Shown piece after piece: positions 57,969-64,000 of a stretch of 64,000 nucleotides of DNA. The DNA comes from Candidatus Pacearchaeota archaeon (GTDB lineage: Bacteria; Patescibacteriota; Minisyncoccia; Minisyncoccales; UBA5738). The stretch covers positions 22,777-86,776 of the forward strand of contig DAOSDI010000001.1 of NCBI GenBank assembly GCA_035362275.1, given 5' to 3'. Within the stretch, counting starts at the first letter, position 1, and the number at the start of each line of letters is the position of its first letter. Made by a program: the position numbers and the translations under genes. The notes below the pieces were generated by a model. It had not been told where the DNA came from. It saw nothing but the letters and a program-made list of their open reading frames with translations, and did no database searches.

Positions 57969-58114
57969 TGTTTTAATTTTATAACTAAGTTTTAATCTAT
58001 GGCTCCATCCTACCAAAATTCTCCTTCCCGTCAATTATTGTCATTGTTTATCCTATCGCTACCGGAACCGCATTCTTGCACCAAGCGCAATTATTTGCTA
58101 GATATTAACTATTC

Positions 58115-58186
58115 GGGGGTGTGGTGAAATTGGCATCACAAAGGTCTCCAAAACCTTCGTTTCAGGTTCAAGTCCTGGCACCCCCG
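58115..58186 (+). tRNA. tRNA-Trp (anticodon CCA)
   Basis: Manual fold. Acceptor GGGGGTG/CACCCCC, anticodon stem AAGGT/ACCTT with loop CTCCAAA, T-loop TTCAAGT, discriminator G. No encoded CCA. Confidence 0.8.
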
Positions 58187-58323
58187 CTTTCACCCGCCGA
58201 AGCGCTTTTTTTGAAACAAAAAAGCGCGAAGGCGAGCTTCGCCCCTTCGGCTCGGTTTCAGCAGGCGAGGCCCGCCAATTAGGTGACGAATTACTATTCG
58301 TCTGTCTATATTCGAAATCCAAA

Positions 58324-58563
58324 ATGCATTTCGTCTACATTCTAAAATGTGCCGATGGTGATTTGTATATCGGTTGCACGGAAAATATTGAAGAAAGATT
58401 GAATCGCCACAATACTGGGCAGGTACTGGCAACAAAAACAAGATTGCCGATCGAATTAATTTCATATTTTGCTATCCCCGAATAAATACAAATCCTTTGA
58501 ATTTGAAAAATATCTCAAATCCGGCTCCGGCCGCGCCTTCATCAAAAAGCACTTAGCTTGACC
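58324..58563 (+). pseudogene. GIY-YIG (YhbQ/UPF0213-like) small nuclease-domain protein, frame broken at a C4 tract (about 58473-58476)
   Basis: MHFVYILKCADGDLYIGCTENIEERLNRHNTGQ... stops after 53 codons. The +1 frame continues NKYKSFEFEKYLKSGSGRAFIKKHLA. Removing one C restores a roughly 79-aa protein. Confidence 0.5.
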
Positions 58564-58654
58564 AAAGATCAGATTTGGCGCTATTTTTTACAAAAAATCC
58601 GCAACGCGGATTTTTTGATATTCGGCGATTCGCCGTTCAACGCGACTCAGCGAT

Positions 58655-58816
58655 TCTATTTCTTGGCTTCCTTGTGTTTGGTGTGCTTTCTGCAAGTGTT
58701 GCAAAACTTTGACAATTCCAGCTTGCCTTCCATCGTTTTGGATTTGTGGCTGCGATAATTGATCTCTTTGCAAACCGGGCATGTCATTTTTACGAAAGGT
58801 TTCTTTTTTGTGGCCA
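58655..58816 (-). CDS. rpmG: 50S ribosomal protein L33 (zinc-ribbon type)
   Basis: MATKKKPFVKMTCPVCKEINYRSHKSKTMEGKLELSKFCNTCRKHTKHKEAKK. 53 aa, so below the ORF-track size cutoff. Confidence 0.8.
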
Positions 58817-58919
58817 TGTTTCAAATTAAAAAGTAAAAATGAAAAATTAAAAACGAAAACCGGTTTTTAATTTTTAATTGTCTTTTTTCCTTTTTAAATC
58901 TTAAATTTTAACTTTTATG

Positions 58920-58991
58920 AGCCCGAGAGAGGAGTTGAACCTCCGACCTACTCCTTACCATGGAGTTGCTCTGCCTCTGAGCTACCCGGGC
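58920..58991 (-). tRNA. tRNA-Thr (anticodon GGT)
   Basis: Manual fold. Acceptor GCCCGGG/CTCGGGC, D-arm GCTC/GAGC, anticodon stem ACTCC/GGAGT with loop ATGGTAA, T-loop TTCAACT. Confidence 0.8.
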
Positions 58992-59050
58992 GTTTCAATT
59001 TTGATTTTTCAATTTTAAATTTTTGTGTGGGCTGGGAGGGATTTGCACCC

Positions 59051-59132
59051 CCGAAGGCAGAGCCACCGCGTTTACAGCGCGGCCCCTTTGGCTACTTGGG
59101 TACCAACCCGTTGAAATGTCAAAAATCAAATT
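59051..59132 (-). tRNA. tRNA-Tyr (anticodon GTA), class II long variable arm, atypical T-loop (G55)
   Basis: Manual fold. Acceptor GGGTTGG/CCAGCCC, U8, D-arm CCC-AAGTAGCCAAA-GGG, anticodon stem CCGCG/CGCGG with loop CTGTAAA, 13-nt variable arm, T-arm GGGGG-TGCAAAT-CCCTC. Confidence 0.7.
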
Positions 59133-59467
59133 CAAATTCAAGTTCAAATATCAAAAGCCAAATACTGCGGCGCGCAAACAAAACCATTATACTTGTTTTT
59201 GGCAAAAAAACAAGCCATCGCCTAAAATTTGCTGACAAAATTTGCGACCGCAAAAAATGTAAGGAAATTTTCTTGATGTGTTTCTATAAAAAAATAAATT
59301 TTGTCAAATGCAAAAACACCCTTGCGGGTGCTTTGATTTCCACTTTGATTAAAGAATTACTTGAAGTCGCCTTGGACTTTCGAAAACCGGTTTATTAAAG
59401 ACGAACCGATAAGCGTCTTGAAGTTAAGAGAAGAATTCTCATCCCTCAACTAAAGCCGACACTCAAA

Positions 59468-61080
<1,613 letters not shown>

Positions 61081-61838
61081 AAGAGTCCAAGACAACTTCA
61101 AAAAATTCTTTCAGTGCGCGTTTTAATTTGCGCACCTTGCGTGCTTTTGTTAAAGCGCACGCGACTTTTGGCTCACGAAATATTTTTGTGGAAAATTAAA
61201 AATATTTCGCTATTCAATTTTGGAAGTTCTCGCCCCTCTGAAAGTTTGAAATTCAATGCTTGTTAAAAACAAACAAAAAATCATAATATCATACAATTTA
61301 TTATGACTTTTTTCTTGCGGTTAACTTTTTGCCAAAACGCTCACTTGCTTGGGCAACAACTGCAGGAGCAGATGCAAGTTTTGGGCGCCACTTTTTTCTT
61401 GTTGGTTTTTTTTGCAGGTGCTTTTTTGTCCGCCATGTTTTTGTATTAACTCGGCAACAATGACAGCTTACCTTTTTTTAAAATCAATGTCAAGGACTTG
61501 CGTTTCCTGTCAAATTTTTCCAAAACGGGTTGAAAAAATTTGAAAGAAAAAGGTGGAAAAATCCGCTATAATTATTATGCAAAAAAAAATAATTGTAGCA
61601 AGAATTAAAATCGAAATCCTTCTATTTCTTTTCCGCCTCATATTTTCATCTCCTATTCTCTGGAGAATAGGAGGCAATGAACAATTGTTATTATTATTGC
61701 TATTCCTAATGTTTTTTCCTCCCTTTCCGGCAGTTCCAAATGCCGGGCATAAGCAAGTGTATAGCCCAACCGCTTCCGATTGTCAATGGTTGTGTTTCCT
61801 CTTTGGTTTTGCTAGGATGGACAATCAAGAATTCCTTT

Positions 61839-63224
61839 ATGGCCGGCGACAATATTCCGGGAAAAATCCCGCCCCAAAATTTGGAGATTGAGCAATCGGT
61901 ATTGAGTTGCCTGATGCTGGATCACAACGCGATGAGCAAAGTGGCGGACGTTTTGTCGTCCGACGATTTTTACAAACACAATCATCGCACGATCTACGAA
62001 GTTTGTCGCGAGTTGTTTGAAAAGGGCGACCCGATTGATTTTTTGTCCGTTTCCAACCGTTTGAAAGAAAAGAGCGAATTGGAAGCGATCGGCGGCAGTG
62101 CTTATTTGACCGAACTGGTTAATCTGGTACCCAGCTTCGGACATGTGGCGTCCTATGCCCGGATCGTGCGCCACAAGCGGGTTTTGCGCGACCTAATCTC
62201 GGTGTCGCGCGATATTGAAATGCTTGGTTATGATGAAAGCGAAGATTTGGAAACGGTGCTGGACGCCGCGGAAAAGAAAATTTTCAATATCGCGCAAAAA
62301 GGAATTTCCCAGGAATTTACCGCCATCAAAGAAACCTTGCCGGACGCGTTTGACCGCATTGAACGATTGTCACAAGGGAGCGGCACGCGCGGCCTGCCCA
62401 CCGGTTTTGCCGACTTGGACAAAATGCTTTCGGGTTTGCAAAAATCCGATCTGGTGATTCTGGCGGCGCGGCCATCGTTGGGTAAGTCCACGCTGGCGTT
62501 GAATATCGCCGCCAATATCGCCGCCACGGAAAAAATTCCCGTGGGGGTGTTTTCGCTGGAAATGTCAAAAGACCAAATGGTGGATCGCTTGATTTCGGCC
62601 TATTCGGGGGTGGATTTGTGGAAAATCCGCACCGGCCGATTGCAAACCGAAGACTTTGAAAACATCCAGCGGGCGCTGGGAATTTTGGCGGAAATGCCGC
62701 TGTTTATTGATGATGTCGGCTCCCCGTCCGTTTTGCAGATGAAGGCGCTGTCGCGCCGCTTGCAGGCGGAAAACGGATTGGGATTATTGGTGATTGACTA
62801 CCTGCAATTGATGGAGCCGCTCAACCGCATGGCCAGCCCGGTGCAACAGGTTTCGGAAAATTCACGCGCCCTGAAAGGATTGGCGCGCGAACTCAATATC
62901 CCCATCCTTGTCCTATCCCAGCTGTCCCGGGCGGTGGAACAGCGCATCCCGCCGGTGCCCAAGCTGTCCGACCTCCGCGAATCCGGCGCCATTGAACAGG
63001 ACGCCGATGTGGTGATGTTTATCTACCGCGAGGATCGCTATCGCGAAAACAGCGAAAAGAAAGGCATTGCCGAAATCATTGTCGCCAAGCACCGCAACGG
63101 CCCGGTGGGCAAACAGAATCTTTTCTTTGACGAGCGCACCGTGTGCTTTAAAAACTACACCGAAGGCTACGAATACCAGGATCAGGGCCAATACGCGGCA
63201 AGCGAAGAACAACTGGGAATATAA
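61839..63224 (+). CDS. dnaB: replicative DNA helicase DnaB
   Basis: N-terminal DnaB domain (QNLEIEQSVLSCLMLD). Walker A ARPSLGKSTLALNIA and a RecA-like C-terminus. Confidence 0.9.
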   Translation: MAGDNIPGKIPPQNLEIEQSVLSCLMLDHNAMSKVADVLSSDDFYKHNHRTIYEVCRELFEKGDPIDFLSVSNRLKEKSELEAIGGSAYLTELVNLVPSFGHVASYARIVRHKRVLRDLISVSRDIEMLGYDESEDLETVLDAAEKKIFNIAQKGISQEFTAIKETLPDAFDRIERLSQGSGTRGLPTGFADLDKMLSGLQKSDLVILAARPSLGKSTLALNIAANIAATEKIPVGVFSLEMSKDQMVDRLISAYSGVDLWKIRTGRLQTEDFENIQRALGILAEMPLFIDDVGSPSVLQMKALSRRLQAENGLGLLVIDYLQLMEPLNRMASPVQQVSENSRALKGLARELNIPILVLSQLSRAVEQRIPPVPKLSDLRESGAIEQDADVVMFIYREDRYRENSEKKGIAEIIVAKHRNGPVGKQNLFFDERTVCFKNYTEGYEYQDQGQYAASEEQLGI

Positions 63225-63267
63225 AATCATTGATCATTGATAACTAAATCCAAACATACGCAAAAAG

Positions 63268-63294
63268 CGCGGTTCCCCCGCGCTTTTACGTTTG
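63268..63294. terminator. bidirectional intrinsic terminator between dnaB and the HEPN gene
   Basis: aaaaagcgcggttcccccgcgctttt. Confidence 0.6.
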
Positions 63295-63298
63295 GCTA

Positions 63299-63690
63299 TT
63301 ATTTTTTCGGATTTGTATTTTCGCTACTAATTCTATCAATAACGAAATTTTTAACTTTTTGCGCCGCCTCAAAAACGCTTTCCGCTTCTTCCCATGTCAG
63401 ATCAGGAATATCGGCAGGATAGCGATCAAGAACATAAAGCTTGCTTATCTCGCTCAATTTCGGATTATCAATCAATTTTGAAATTTCCGGCGTTAATGGT
63501 TCAAGCAAGTTGGCGATTCTGATCAAATCGTGAATTTTGGGATAATCCTGGTCATAAAAAACTAACAAGCCCTTGAGATATTTTTCCGCCATTTGTTGTG
63601 ATAACGCACCAACAACACTAGGCGCGCCGTCGCGGTGCTTCAAAATTGATTGGGCGCTTAATTCATCGTTTTGCGCTTTTTTTCATCCAT
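63299..63690 (-). pseudogene. HEPN-domain protein, frame broken at an A7/T7 tract (63677-63683); partner of the upstream MNT
   Basis: Frame f2 encodes ...SAQSILKHRDGAPSVVGALSQQMAEKYLKGLLV...HDLIRIANLL (HEPN-like helices) but lacks an ATG. ATG-MDEKK at 63690 is in another frame. One extra A gives MDEKKAQNDELSAQSILK.... Confidence 0.5.
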
Positions 63691-63717
63691 TCCTGCCAAA
63701 TTTTGTCCGCGGGCGGT

Positions 63718-64000
63718 TTATTTTGCATACAAAAGTTTTCCTTTATTTAAAATATTTGCCACAAATTGATCTCCCATCTCCTTTCTTTTTTTGACTTGAT
63801 CGGGAGTGTAGACCAAAAAATCCATCGCAAAATCGCGCCGCAAAAAAAGGCGATCCACGTCCACTATCCGTTTTAACATTGGATCGTCGGTTTTTTTGAT
63901 GATGAAAAAATCCAAATCGCTGTCTTTGTGCGGTTTCCCCCACGCGTAAGAACCGAAAAGAATGATTTTTTCCGGCCTGTATTCGGCAACAATCTTATCG
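63718..64000 (-). CDS. minimal nucleotidyltransferase (MNT), 5' partial at the window edge
   Basis: The minus-strand translation continues past the ORF-track start: ...KIILFGSYAWGKPHKDSDLDFFIIKK... (GS-x9-DxD). Confidence 0.6.
   Translation of the reverse strand, partial: DKIVAEYRPEKIILFGSYAWGKPHKDSDLDFFIIKKTDDPMLKRIVDVDRLFLRRDFAMDFLVYTPDQVKKRKEMGDQFVANILNKGKLLYAK

Noticed and set aside
58588-58824. 78-aa ORF-track protein MKHGHKKETFRK...
   Set aside because: A different frame on the same strand encodes a textbook ribosomal protein L33 (53 aa, 58655-58816) with a zinc-ribbon CxxC...CxxC motif. The longer ORF has no motif and is taken to be an out-of-frame overlap.
59027-59398. 123-aa plus-strand ORF, and a possible plus-strand tRNA-Val(TAC) reading, over the tRNA-Tyr locus
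   Set aside because: The plus-strand fold has an acceptor mismatch (C4-A69) and G8 instead of U8. The minus-strand fold as tRNA-Tyr(GTA) has a fully paired acceptor, U8 and a class II variable arm. The ORF merely overlaps the tRNA and low-complexity sequence.
61460-61520. Possible rRNA promoter (two TTGACA boxes about 400 nt upstream of the 16S 5' end)
   Set aside because: The -10 candidates are weak (TAAGCT), and the distance to the mature 5' end is uncertain. Not reported as a feature.

Overview
The window reads as an AT-rich, small-genome bacterium with short intergenic regions. A Patescibacteria/CPR-like origin is an inference from three observations: the 16S gene carries a mismatch in the 515F universal-primer site; its 3' end lacks the CCUCC anti-Shine-Dalgarno; and archaeal-type isoprenoid genes sit beside typical bacterial housekeeping genes.

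Housekeeping content:
- murG C-terminus, gltX, xerC/D-like recombinase, ychF, uppS, rpmA, pyrG, rplI, ctpA, xseAB, pepP, an M18 aminopeptidase and pcm.
- An MsbA-like ABC exporter, mgtE, a beta-CASP RNase, pheST, dnaX and dnaB.
- Two tandem cysteine-synthase paralogs, two tandem M14 carboxypeptidase paralogs, an OFA-family MFS transporter and rpmG.
- A 16S rRNA gene not linked to 23S, and tRNAs for Gln, Ala, Ile, Trp, Thr and Tyr.

Accessory content is concentrated at about 33.2-43.4 kb:
- An ArsR / thioredoxin-like / cold-shock cluster.
- A five-gene minus-strand operon that has no obvious match to a known system: a zinc-ribbon plus DUF4145/HEPN-like protein, a cytoplasmic trypsin-like protease, a membrane-anchored protein with a putative minimal caspase-like His/Cys domain, and two small unknowns.
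- A LexA-like repressor co-transcribed with an Eco57I-like N6A methyltransferase and a circularly permuted m5C methyltransferase, facing a convergent HNH-type endonuclease with an XRE controller protein. Together these look like a type IIS-like restriction-modification system.
- A frameshifted RNHCP-domain gene.

Other notable features:
- A nucleotidyltransferase-domain gene (111 aa) that would fuse with the following 380-aa ORF into about 475 aa if a 7-T tract were 8.
- GC-rich repeats at about 43.45 and 48.5 kb whose halves are in rearranged order.
- A conserved roughly 40-nt hairpin present twice.
- A tRNA-Ile gene surrounded by degenerate partial tRNA copies.
- hicAB, and a HEPN/MNT pair at the window edge.
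- At least four single-base homopolymer frameshifts (RNHCP, NTase fusion, HEPN, GIY-YIG). These more likely reflect a read-level homopolymer-error problem than real pseudogenes.
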